From Lepidodermella squamata (lineage: Eukaryota; Animalia; Gastrotricha), in NCBI GenBank assembly GCA_047495785.1, contig JBLDXI010000055.1:1550001-1614000 (forward strand): DNA of 64,000 bases, written 5' to 3'. This document shows, piece by piece, positions 51,245-64,000 of this stretch. The position numbers and the translations under genes are program-made. Position 1 is the stretch's first letter. Each line of letters begins with the position of its first letter. The notes beneath the pieces were generated by a model. The model made no database searches. It was not told the origin of the DNA and saw only the letters and a list, made by a program, of their open reading frames with translations.

Positions 51245-51743
51245 ATGACTGGAGGACCTGCCAATGATAACCACGACAACCACAGCGGCGTCGACCGGCA
51301 AAAAGTTTGCCCCATGCTGATTCGTGTTTTCAGCAACAGCTCAGGCCGTCACAACAATCTTGGCGAGTACGGTCGAAACCGGACTCCGAACAACGAATTG
51401 CACATCTACAGTTGGCTCGACGCATCATTCAAGGAATTGACGAATCTGCTCAAACAAGTCAACCCTGACCTCAGACAACGCGGTACTCAAGTCGAATTTG
51501 CTGCAGTATTTCCGAATAACCTGTCGCCAAACTTCCGCACTCGAGTTTTGGCCCAGACAACCATCGGGCAGAAAGGCCCAGATGATAACATTGTAAGTTC
51601 TAACTTACGCAAACTTTCATAATTAATTGGGCAACCTTGGCAAATTTCAGACATTGGCTCAAAAGAAATTCCAGATTGGCGACTACTTGGACGTAGCGAT
51701 CACAATGCCCCGTCAAGGCCAACGACACGCTCGACAGCTATGA
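51245..51743 (+). CDS. SAP18: Sin3-associated protein SAP18, 2 exons
   Basis: VDRQKVCPMLIRVF..ELHIYSWLDASFKEL..TLAQKKFQIGDYLDVAI. Confidence 0.93.
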
Positions 51744-51912
51744 GCATGAACAGTGTGGTGTGATATCTTGTCTAGCGATTCAATTTGTCGCCTAGTGAAT
51801 ACTGAATGTCATTTCTCGTTTTTTAATCTGTGTAATAAAACAGCAATATTTGCAGTGAGCTAACGGCGTGTTTTTGCATTTAATCAATAGATATTTGTAT
51901 TAAATTTCGCTG

Positions 51913-54900
51913 ATGGAACAACAAAAGGTGACACCGCCCATGAGTCTCGGGTCGGTGCCACCCAGACCTGACGAAAGCGCAACACCTACCACTCAGAACA
52001 CACCCACCAATGTCGTACATCTGCCATCCCAACTTGCCAGCCACTCACCGCCGACACAAACTCATCACCCCTGCCCAGCTGCGGCCGCAGCGAAACACCC
52101 TCAAGTTGCGACTTTGACCAAGGCTCAACTAGGTGCCTCTAATCGCTTAGCATCCTCCTTTGGCCGAACCCCCGGCGAATCTCTGCAGCATCTGAAATTT
52201 CGCATGTCTGAGGGATGTTTCATTCTTGTCGGAGTTTGCGCTATGGGCAAAAAAGTAAGTACAGTAGCTTCGAATTTTCTTTGCAAGTTACTTATAATTC
52301 TACTTGTTTTCAGTCTCGGTCCAAGTACATGCTTGAGATATTGGAACGTCTAGAACGATTCCAGTACATCAGAACGTTCGTGTTCGACGATTCGATAATT
52401 CTGCAGGAACCTGTCGAACAATGGCCTCTATGCGATGCCATGATTGCGTTTTATTCGAAGGGTTTCCCACTCGACAAGGCCATAAAATATCAACAGTTGC
52501 GATCACCGTTGATTTTCAACGATTTGGAAATGCAGTATTGCCTAACAGATCGGCGGAAGGTGTACAAAATGCTCGGCGACCACGGCATTCACCACCCTCG
52601 ATATTGCGTTGTTAACCGAGAAAGCAACAATCCTCAAGAACGTGAGTTCAAAACCCGTTTTCATCATTCGATGACTGTTTGCATACCTTTTACAGATGAT
52701 GCTCTGGTGGAAACCGATGATCAGCTGACGATTAATGGTGCTGAAACGTTTGTCAAGCCTTTTGTCGAAAAACCAGTATCTGCTGAGGATCACGACATCT
52801 ACATATATTTCCCTTCAAGCGCAGGTGGAGGCAGTCAGCGCTTGTTTAGGAAGGTTAGTGTTAGAAGTCCCTCTTTCTAAAATCGGGAATGACGGTTTTT
52901 TCTTCTTAGATTGGAACGAGAAGTTCTATATACGCGAACACTAGCAAAGTTCGCAAAACCGGTAGCTACATTTATGAGGAATTTATTCCTACTGACGGCT
53001 GTGACATCAAAGTCTACACCCTTGGGCCAGATTATGCCCACGCAGAGGCTCGTAAATCGCCCGCCCTGGACGGCAAGGTTGAACGGGATAAAGACGGCAA
53101 AGAAGTGCGATTTCCAGTTATTCTAACCGCTACTGAGAAAATGATCGCTCGGAGAATTGTTGAAATTTACAAGCAATTCATTTGTGGCTTTGATTTGCTT
53201 CGAACTGCCAATAACCGCTCATATGTCTGTGATGTGAATGGCTTTAGTTTTGTCAAAACCTCAGTCAAGTACTACGACGACTCGGCGAAAATTCTTGGCA
53301 CTGAGATTTTAAACGCTCTGGCGCCGAAAATTCTCAAAATCGCGTGGCCAATTGCGCCTGCTGTCGATCAGTTGGACAGTGCGCCGAATATGAAAACAAC
53401 ATACGGCCGGCAGATGGAACTACGCTGCGTGATCGGCATCATGCGACACGGTGATCGAACGCCGAAGCAGAAGATGAAAATGGAGGCGAAGCATTCTCGA
53501 TTTGTCGATCTTTTTAAGCGTTACAACGGATTCAAAAACGGCACAGTGAAATTGAAACGGCCTAAACAGTTGCAAGAGGTCTTAGACATCGCCCGGTTTC
53601 TTCTCAGCGAGCATCGAAATCCTAACGCCGCGGAACCTGTGACTGAGGAGCGGTACAAACTCGAGCAAATCAAATGCGTCCTTGAAATGTATGGCCGCTT
53701 CATGGGGATCAACCGCAAGGTGCAAATCAAATACCAGCCGCGAGGTCATGATCCTGACCCGAATTTGCTGGCAGTTGTTGACGATTCGATTCCGAAAAGT
53801 CCTTCTCTGTTATTTATTCTGAAATGGGGCGGCGAGTTGACACCGGCTGGCCACGTGCAAGCCCAGGAGCAGGGCACGTTATTCCGGCGGATGTACCCTG
53901 GAGGCCAGGGTGATTACAAAGTTCCCGGGCTCGGTCTTCTGCGACTTCATTCCACTTTCCGACACGATCTGAAAATCTATGCATCGGATGAAGGTCGAGT
54001 CCAGCTGACCGCTGCTGCATTTGCGAAAGGTTTCCTAGCCTTGGAAAACGAACTAGCTCCGATTTTAGTTCAAATGGTAAAATCTGCTAATACGCAGGGT
54101 TTGCTCGATTTCAAAGAATTGACAAAAAGCCCTGTTTACAAGTCGGTCCGAGATCGGTTGCAACGGCTGCTGAACCTTGACCGAGAATTCGATTCTGAGC
54201 TGAAGTCTGAGCTAATACCGACTGGGTCGAAATCAATGCTATCTGCTATAAATTACATCAAAAACCCTCGCCGTGCTTGCGAAAGGATTCAGCACCTGAT
54301 TCAAGAGCTGCTGACTCGGATCAAAGAGCTTGAAGGCCAGGCGAAGTCGCAAGAGGCAACGCTATACAGCCACGAATCCTGGGAACTGTTAGTGCGTAGG
54401 TGGTCTAAATTGGCCAAAGATTTCTACGTCTCGCCATCTGAAGACGAAGAACTCGGAAGCTTCGACATTGCTAAGATTCCTGACATTTACGATTGCATAA
54501 AATATGACTGGCAGTACAATCAGGATTTCTTGCAGTTCCCTCGCGCTGATGAGTTGTACATTCTAGCGAAAGCGATGGCTGATATCGTCATTCCGCAGGA
54601 ATATGGCATGACAGCGAGTGAAAAAATGCAGATTGGTACGGATATCTGCACTCCACTGCTGCGGAAAATAATTGCAGATTTGACGAATACAATGGCCGAG
54701 GAAGGGGTGACAATGCTGGATACAAAACATTCGCATGGCGTGTTAACTCCGGAAAGGCACGTTCGAACGCGGCTGTACTTTACTTCGGAGAGTCACGTCC
54801 ACTCGCTGGGAAATGTTTTGCTGCACGGTCATCTGGCAAATCCGCAAACAGATCTGCAGTGGCGGCGTGCGCTCGATTACATGAGCGCTGTTAGCGAGTT

Positions 54901-56490
54901 GAATTACATGACCCAGATTATAATCATGTTGTACGAAAATACGACAAAAGACGCAACCTCGGACGATCGGTTTCATGTAGAAATTCACTTTTCTCCCGGT
55001 GCTTACTGCTTAGAGCGAAATTACCCAGCCGGTCGAGGTTTGCGCTCTGCTAGCCAGCTGCTCGAGTCCGCGTTAACAACGAGTACTGGGTCGATTGCCG
55101 GATCGAGGACATTAATGCCAATCGAAGAGATTGCCGCGCCTGCTGAGCTTTCTAGTTCTGGGTCTCGGCTGAAGCGGTTTTCATCCGATGACAGTGTGAT
55201 AAATGGTAGAATTGCCAATTATTTGAATATTGCATCCAATTTAATTCATTCTTATTATGCAGAAAAGCAACGAGTTGCCGCAACACCGACCCTTCCTACC
55301 TTGGACTCATTTGCTTTCATGGCTAACCAAACGTCGGAGATGGGGCTTCAAATGCGACCCGTCAGCTCGTCTTCAGCAATGGATACATGCGATATTCCAG
55401 ATTTTGTGCACAGAGAAACCTCTTCAACATTCGATGCCTACGCTCCTCCGCAAAAAGTTCGCTCGTTAACCGATCAGTTGGAAGAGAGTGGAAATATTTC
55501 AAGTAAAGATTTTATTTCTGTTGCTTAAATTATCATATTGCTGTTTCTTATTTAAAGCCCTATCGCAACCTATTTCGATGCCGAATCCTTCTCAGAGCTC
55601 AGCTACGCAAACTCTGTCGACTAGTTTGCCCAATCTGTCCATTGAAGTCCTGAGCGGATCGAGTAAGTTTCAATTAGCAACTCAAATTATCATTGATTAA
55701 TTGCTTCCTCTTCATCTTTTAGTGCCTGCTAGCCTGATGAAAGACCGCGTTCCAGAGATTCGGCCGTGCGAGACACTGCACAATGCGCTAACTCTGAACC
55801 AGCTGCGCAACTTTATCTCGCGCACCATCAACGAAACGCCGGGTTCACACCATCACCATCACCACCGGCATCATCACAGACACTCGCATGTACCTCACAA
55901 CTCTGAATCTGACCCGGCACTGACGCAGCGCTGCGAAGGTTATTTTTCAGGGTATTTTCGAATGCAATCAATCTAAATTGTTCTAATATGCAGAAAGTCA
56001 GCTGACGTCAACCAAGTCTGAGCCAGGTATTTCAGAAACGCCGGCTCACCCGACTTCGGTCCCACTACGCCTGTCATTGACCGGTATGAGTGATCTTGGC
56101 AGCATGGCTAACATGGAGGGCTTCTGCAGTTCGCCGCGGAACAGTTGTGTTTCCGGTGGTGGAATCGATTCGCCGTCGAATCAAGGCAGCGGGCCGTCGT
56201 TCCGCCCGACCTTCAGCACACAGACCAGCCTAGGCCCTTCTACCTCCAGCATGCTTGGTGCTCCCGTGCTGCCTTTCGACAAGGACAGTTTACGCCCTCT
56301 TAGTACCGATGATGATCAGATGACTCGATTGCTTACGTTGGCTATTGGCAACACAAGTAGCAGCACAGATACGGCTAGTGCAACGAATACGGCCAATAAT
56401 TCGTGTGATTGTTCATCTGCCTCTCCCACGCCGCCGATTTCAGGAAACAGTGCGGCTAATAGAAGTTCCTCCCATATGATGTGTGAATGA
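51913..56490 (+). CDS. PPIP5K: Diphosphoinositol pentakisphosphate kinase (VIP1/PPIP5K): ATP-grasp kinase + histidine acid phosphatase + IDR
   Basis: [65 protein letters not shown] and ETLHN. Confidence 0.95.
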
Positions 56491-58232
56491 AAGATTGATG
56501 TTTAATACACCGAATCACCCTCTTTATTTTATTACTGCATGATGAATCGAGCTTTCCTTTGACTAGTTACACTAGAGAATTGATGGTCAATCGAATAAAG
56601 AAAACATTTCATTTCACTTTTCAAAAACCGTGCTGCATTACAAACCAGGAACGCCATCAGCATTTGAATAACCTTGCTAATTAAGGAGCTCATGCGGAGT
56701 TTGCGGTCTGAAATGGTTGTATCCGCATGACTTAGTTCGTTGTTGTTGTTTTCATAGCTGCGATGTCTGTGTCACACTATACGTTAGTCAACTTGGGACG
56801 ACAGTCGGTAGATCACCGCTACTCTTGTGACTTACATCCTAGTAATCATTGCCATCGTTTTTAAACGATTTTCAAGAAAAAATAAAACACAACTTTCATG
56901 AATTCTCTTATTGTTTGCAAGTGAGTTCCTGGACGCAGAGTTGGCGAATGTATGAGAAAACAACTTGCTTCCCAGCAACGCCGATTTATTGACTCATGTT
57001 ACGAAAATGACGCCATAAGCAGGTAGATCGCATTATAGCGGCGCATGTAATATAATAAATTTTATGCCCAAAGTTATCGTTCATTATAACATTATTCATA
57101 CTTAAGCATGATAATATAATATTAAAATTGTGCAAGTGTTTACGAGGCATCCTAGATTTGAAAATTCAGCCTGAAATTTCAGGTGCATTAAGCTTGTGAT
57201 GATGGCAGTTCTCGGAAGCAACAGTGGCGGCTATAATTCTAGCAGTTACATCAATGCACACGCGTAGGAAATAAGCGCCCGCACTTACTAGGTTATGCTA
57301 GTAAGTGAGGTGATAAAAGAACAACGCATGTGAAACATGCTGCAATATTTCGGCTTCAAATTTGCAATAATGGGATGTGTGTTAAGCAGGAAAATGGAGA
57401 AGTTTCTCTCGCGGCGAAAAGAACTCGAAATAAATAAACAAGCGGCACGGAGTGCCAAGAGATAAAAGATAGCATCTTCATTATCGTCAGCTATAAACAA
57501 AGTTAGTGCACAACCGTACTTTTGCCTCGGTGCACGTTGTTGTTATTATTTACACATACCTAGCTTGCATCCCTAATCAAATGGTCAGTTGGTGTGCATC
57601 AAGTATAATTAGACACCCACCATTCTTAAAGGCGACAATTTTTAGAGAATGTTTGATAAAAGCACTCAGGAATCATTTTTCATAATTTCATTGTGCAAGC
57701 GATTTTTCTCAATCGAAGATGGAGCAATTAGTTTTCTTATCATCATTAATTAATTCAGATAATCTGCTCAAAATAAGTAACTCGATTATACAACATGCAT
57801 GTAGATCGTATAAAACAATTATTAACAATTGTATTCAGTATAAAAATGTGTAGCAACAGCAATATAATATGATAAAAGAGCTCGCGGCTCGTGACTATAA
57901 TGGATGGTTTCGTATGCAGGTAATTGAGGAGCAAGGTAAAAACACAACCTCAACAAAGATGAAATGAAAAAATGTATCAGCAAACTATTAGTGCACAACC
58001 AACAGAACGGAACAGAACCTTGGGTTTCATCTGATCAGCAGAATACCACCATATAAGATGGGGATGGCGCATGCATTTCCGTATTCAAAAGAAGCAACAG
58101 AAGTATAGCGGCTAAAACGAAAACAACTTCACTAATTTCATTAGTACGAGGCCAGCATTGTGACAAAGCTCATAGTTATAGCAATAACGGCTATAATTCA
58201 GAACAGAAGTAATTTCATGGCGGAGGTGACAG

Positions 58233-60263
58233 CTAATAGATCCATTGAATTGGTACCCATTGCGGCTTCGTTGACAAGGCATCGACAATATCCAGCAGGC
58301 GGTCGAATGCCGCAGCCATGTTGTCGTTGATGATAACTTCGTCGAAGTATTGGCGGTATTGCCGCTCAAGCTTGGCACTTTCTTGCACCGTCCTGTAAAA
58401 GTCGTCCTCAGTTCGATCACGATCTGTGCTGCCATCAAGTCGTGCCTGTTCGTGCATATTTCTCAAAATTTCAGCCGACGGTGCAGCGACAAACACGACG
58501 TAAGGCAGAAATTCCGCTGTACGCACAGCCTTCAAGGCTTGTGGGTTGAGGTCGACAACGCAGGTTTTTCCGCTATCCATCACATGGCGAATAGATTCAA
58601 GTGATACGCCGTATAAATGACCGCGATATTCGCCCCATTCAGCGTAACGATTCTGCACGATATCGGCCTCCATTTCCGCACGAGTAGTGAAACGGAACTC
58701 TGCGTCAGGAGAATTAGGGTCGCGGACTTCGTCCGGCTCGGGTGGGCGGCTGGTCGAGGGTAAAGCCAGCGCAAATCTCGACGGCTGAGCTTCGACTAGC
58801 CTGTTTTTCAAAGTGCGCTTCCCAACACCTGACGCGCCTACTAGAACCAGAAGCTTTCGATGGAATGGAGGCAAACACGCGACTTCTTCGTAAATTGGAA
58901 TGTCTGTCGGCTCTAAATCGGCATTTCGACGAACGACAAACATCAACTTCTTTTTACGACGGCGGGTCGCGAGACCGCACAACCAAGATGACTTGGTCAT
59001 ATCCCATTCGGGTTTTACCCAAGCTTTACGGCGCTCCTCCAGCTGTTGAGACGGCACAACCCCCACATTTTCCGGTTCTCCGACTTTCCGGGCTTGCCAC
59101 CAGTTCGGGTCTTCTTTATTCATAATTTCCAGAATGTCTCCGTCGCGAAACTCTAATCCGACATTCTGACAGGGCAATAAATGATCTCTAGCCGGCGAAT
59201 ATGTGAAATGAGCTCGAACGAAAGCAGCACCATTAGAAACGCTATTTTGACCGACGCTATCAGTTACCGAAGCGTCAACAGGCTTGTTTGGATTTGAAGG
59301 ACGAGGATTCAGTGTAGTGGATCGATCACTAATAGCCACTTTGAATAGCAGGTCACTGCCTTTCGCAGCGGCCTCACGAACAAGAGCTTCCAGTTGACTT
59401 GGAGTTTCGACAGGCTGGCCATTTAGTTCTAAAATTGCATCCCCTACCTGCAGGATACCCTATAAAATTACGAATATAGTCTTTAGTTAAATGGCAGATT
59501 ATAACTCAATTTACCTGTTTGTGAACCAGACTGCCCGCAATAACTCGGGCCACTAGAAGCTGTCCACCTTCTCTTTTAACAGTCAAGCCAAGGCGCTCAT
59601 CAGGAGAGCCCCTTCTGATAGAGACCATTCGAATGTCGAGCTCCTACATCGGCGCAAAAATAAGTTTGAAATGCATTAGAAAATTAGGTAAATACCTTGG
59701 AAGGGCCATATAGGAGAGTACCAGTTCCGCCAGTACTTTGTTTTGGTGCATTTCCCGACATTCCGACATTTGATGTTTCTGTAACTCCACTCACGGTGCG
59801 TTCGTTTATTATTGCATCTTTCGGGCCGTATTTCCCCGTGGCAATGGCGTCATGGGCCTCCAATATGCCCCCAATATTCTTTTGGCGTAGAATTTCCAGT
59901 AAATCATTAGCCGCAGCGACATACTCGGGCTGGGAAGACCTCCGGCTTCCCGTACCAGTGGCGACCGGATAAAGTGCATCAGACACATCGCGCATCAATT
60001 TTAAAGCCTCATGATCATAGGCCTTCGAGCGAGCCGAAACTGGAGTCGATGTGAGCTCATCATGCACTCGCAGCAGCGAAGTTAGAGCTCCCAGTGAAAG
60101 AACGGATTGCAAATAATTTGCTTCATCAGGTTCTACTATGTCACCAACATGGCCGATTTCTTGTCTGACTTGGTCAAGAGCATCTGTTAAGGCATTAAAT
60201 ACATCATGGCAACCTTAGATGTACTGAATGTTTACCGAATATCGCGCTATCTCGAACTGACAT
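58233..60263 (-). CDS. MPP6: p55-subfamily MAGUK (L27-PDZ-SH3-GUK), MPP2/MPP6 (PALS2/Varicose)-like
   Basis: L27 (LLRVHDEL; LEAHDAIA), PDZ (LGLTVKR), SH3 (GDILEIMNKEDPNWWQA), GUK (GASGVGK; YGVS) and C-terminal PQWVPIQWIY. Confidence 0.85.
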
Positions 60264-62459
60264 GGAAGAAATTCAATCAGTTCTACAATAAACAAGTAAA
60301 AATTATAGGACAGTTTTGGATAAACGTCGTCTGACGCAAAAAAAATCTTCAAAGGTTACAAGACAATATAAGTAGATGAGTATTTGGAAGTGGCAAAGAT
60401 CGCAAAAATGCTGTCATCATCAACAAGCATTGCGAACCTAGTTTCTAGTTTTCACCTCCAAGAGGTGGCCAAGTTTTTAATGCGAACACAGTCGGACCTT
60501 CGCTATTATGTAAGCCAATATTGCTATTTCATAGGTTCACGTATTGAGTTTTGAGTTTTGCTCACTAACTACAGGTCAGGAACAAATTGGCATCACCCAG
60601 CCCTCTCGACCTACAGCTGGATATACGACGACAAACGAAGACAGACGCAAATCAATCTTTAAATAATATTCTAGAACGCCTTATTTTCGATCGGACTAAA
60701 GCGGTTAGCTGGTTATCGGGCGACAGCACTTCAGGGGAACTGTCACGAATGGTGAGAATTTGCGGGGCGCGGGGCGCGGCAAGGTAGAAAAACCAGCAAG
60801 GCGTCAATTAATCCTACCAGAAGCAGGAAAAGGTGACCAGTGAAATAGTCACGGGTTAAATATTCCGTCCGTCGTCCGTGTTACCCGGTGACCGGTGCGC
60901 GTCAGTGCGTTGTCGGCTGCCAGGAGCAGATCATCAAAGTCGCCGATGAGAAGTGCTAATGCCAAGAATCACATTAGTCAAGGACAAATAATACTTTGCA
61001 GATTTAGCATTAAAACTATATTTTTAATAAATTGTATAAATAATCAATTGTGTTAGCATTTATGTTTAATCGCAGTAAACGAGCGTTAAGTTCTCCCGTT
61101 CACGAGGAGCAGTGCTTTCTTTATCTTTTTCATGGTTTTCATGCCTTAATGATCATTCGATTATGGGTAAAGAGGGTTTTGGTTTATGACTAAGGGAAAA
61201 CGTGGGCTCGTTAATGTCGAACTGGACGAAATGGTTCGACTGTACCATGAGTCTATCGGAAATCTGAACAAAACAGAAGAGCGAGGCTCCAACGAGGCGA
61301 CATCACGAGGCTAGATGAAAGCACAACATGTTCCTAGAAAGAGTTCAACTTGACTACAGAAAATGAAGGCACTGGAACACGATCAGGTCCAGAATATCGT
61401 GATGTAGATCGGCGGAATGATCGGCGTGATGCAGTTGCAGCCGCACTTCAGGCGCAGGTTCGATATGTCCCTCGCATGTGGCTTTATCCCGATGAGCTGG
61501 AAAAGGGCCCTCTAAATATATCAACGACCGAAACACAGCATGTTTCTAGGCTTAAATAGTGGCCGTAGACCGTTTTGCTGCCAGCAACAGCTAAGCTGAT
61601 AGAATTGTGCATGGCAGTCTTACAGTGCGGTTTACAGTGCCGTTTTCCCAAGCGGTCAGCGGTTGTATGGCGGTTGAGATCGGCATACGATCACGCTTTC
61701 ATATATCCCAGCTGGCTTCTATGACAAGAACGAGGAAAATCTTGTTAGGAGCCTTTGTTAGTTGTTACTTCGGTTGATTGGTGGCAGATTGTCGAACGAG
61801 CTTGTCCGGCAGTTGGTGACATGCCGCTTTGCAAGGCGAACACCACCTTGAGAGTGAAAATTAGGCAATTCGGTGACTGTTTTTATATGAGTAATATTGA
61901 GCAAAGTATTGTCTGCTTTCGAGATTTCGAGATTCGATATTTTCTAGCAGGTACTATCTATCTGCGTAATAATAAATAAAATGTACAATAACATCTCGAG
62001 CTGAACTGAGTGCGCCCAAATTTCTTTATTCTCGCGTTGCTCTGAGTAGAACTAAACAACTCCGTACTACTTTATTGTCATGTTTATGTCGTATAGTGCA
62101 TAAAACCAGCCACTCTCCACTTCGGTAAAAAATCAGGAGCTCCCTGAGCGGGCGCGAATCTTGACTATCCAGTTTTATGCCTTTCAAGTTAGATCTTTCA
62201 ATGCGGCTAATGTCAAAAATAAACACAAATCCGTTCAAAATCAATGCATTATTTATTTTTATCCCTCATCACATCCTTGTGATTGTAGTTCATCACGAAT
62301 TCAGTCCAAAAGATAAGATACATGTATATATAAGCAAAACGAGTTCAATTATCGGCGCCAAGTGATTTATAACTAAAACAAGTTCGGATACTTGACGCCA
62401 GTCAGCAAACTTTTACGAACCAAAGAGACCACCGTAGATAGCACATTGCACGAAGCGAA

Positions 62460-64000
62460 TTACACAGAATCGCCAGAGCGAGAGCGGTTGCTAAGGAAAT
62501 TGCTGATGTCAGGGTGATGAACGGGATCGAAGTTGGGATCAGTAGCAAGGCGAGAGCGTAACAGACGAATCACCTCGCCTTCAAATAGGCTACCTAGCTC
62601 AGCACTGGTTGATGCTTCCTCTAGCAGGGAAGGCGCGACTGCGGTCGGCACGCCGGCACTTCGCACGGCTTGTCCTAGCAGATCGTTTAAACTGCGATTG
62701 ATTTGCCCTTGAACCAGCGGGTCCGTAGCACGCTGTTCCATGGCCATGCGACGACGTTTAGCAGGCAGACCGGAAATGTAGGCATCGCTGAAAGGAGGCT
62801 GAACCGCGGTTTCAGAGGTACGCTGTTTGGCGACGTCTTGTTCGACGACCGGAATCCAATCGGCAGGGATAACCGTTCGCCAATTATTTTCGGACTGTAC
62901 TTGGCCGTTCGCAGCAGGAACGGCATTTGTCATGAGAACAGCAGTTCGCGCACGATCTTGAGAATCTGGCTGAACCCAAGAGGTGTCACCCGGAGATCGA
63001 TTAGCATTAGAGTTGACGCTTGTGGCTGCAGCGGGCCGAGGAGTAGGCGCAGCTGGTGAAGCCTGCGGCTGTGGTGCCTGAGCCTGGGCAACAGCGGCAC
63101 CACGTCGAACAATGAATCCCTCAATTCTACTGCGGGGAACGCGTTGGGGCGACTCAGTCACCAATCTGTTGGCAAATTCGGACAACGCAGAAACAACGAA
63201 TGTGGACTGCGACTCGGGGCTACCTGGTTCCATGTTCGCAATGGCGCGTTGCACCAACTGCCGCATCGTCGGTCTGGCATTATCCGGGCCGATGGCGGTA
63301 ACAATCAGAACTACTGCCTCGTGAGCGGCGTTGAGAATGGAATCGTAAATGCGACGATAAAGACCCGCATTATTAGCTTCCAATGGCCCAACAGCTGGTT
63401 CAGTGTCCAAGACCAATCTCGTTACTTGAGTCAGCCAATTGCGATCGTGAGCGAGAAGAGAAGCGACCAAATCAATATTGTCCCGAGTCTCGGTACCAGC
63501 AAATACAACTTCGTACATGGAACGTAATTCAGCAACAATTGGTTCGACGAAAGGCGTTATGTCGCTTGGCGAACCGCTGATTGAGAGAATGTGTTGCCTG
63601 AGTGGTCCATGAACACGTGCTAGCGGAGCAATATTGCCCATGATGAGTGTGATAAAATCTGTCATCGGTAGCGCTCTCATCACCACTTCAATCAGATTAT
63701 TGACAGGCGAAGGTGTCATCGGAGGCTGAAAATCGTTAATTGTATTAATTATTCTTTATTCGAAAGTTAATAACTTACCACGTTTCCAAGGCCTTGGATG
63801 AAGTCGTACGCAGTTGTGCGATTCGCAGTGCCGCTAGGATCCGTGAGTAGTTGTCCTAGGCTATTTATGATTTGCCCAAAAGGTTCAGTTGCCGGGACAT
63901 TGTTAGCCATTTGCTGCATTGAAGCCACGAAATCCGGAGGAACGCCCGATCGATTCGCCTGATTAGCTTGCGGTTGACCGCCTGCCTGAACGATGGCCTG
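62460..64000 (-). CDS. BAG6: BAG6/BAT3/Scythe, C-terminal part (5' end outside window)
   Basis: IPADWIPVVEQD..PPFSDAYISGLPAKRRR (NLS) and a BAG-similar tail, RLATDPNFDPVHHP. Confidence 0.85.

Noticed and set aside
61350-61559. Small ORFs on both strands as a ribosomal or other small protein
   Set aside because: No recognisable motif in any frame and no ATG start in good context.

Overview
This is eukaryotic (animal, probably a small-genome invertebrate) genomic DNA. It is very gene-dense, with mostly 45-60 nt GT-AG introns, so the ORF track only shows exon fragments. Spliced by eye, the window holds about 19 genes: two tandem NIDO-domain membrane proteins, two MTAP paralogues, long-form intersectin, RPS4, LUC7L, BOD1, CSK, ADAM10/Kuzbanian, a peptide-type GPCR, PP2A-A, MRPS15, ARL13B, DHX33, SAP18, PPIP5K, MPP2/6 and partial BAG6. 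Several same-strand clusters are spaced only 120-230 nt apart, which suggests operons with trans-splicing. The main discovery is a 5.6-kb element (28702-34309) bounded by perfect 28-bp terminal inverted repeats. It encodes an apparently intact, 10-exon, ~650-aa RAG1/Transib-like DDE transposase with all catalytic and Zn ligands recognisable. Its ends are not RSS-like, there is no convergent RAG2-like gene, and it carries a separate PB1-like + Myb-like accessory gene instead. Second highlight: two intronic, possibly single-hairpin H/ACA guide RNAs whose pockets match the 28S peptidyl-transferase pseudouridine site equivalent to yeast 25S U2865. All calls come from manual motif recognition, exon boundaries are approximate, and no database searches were run.
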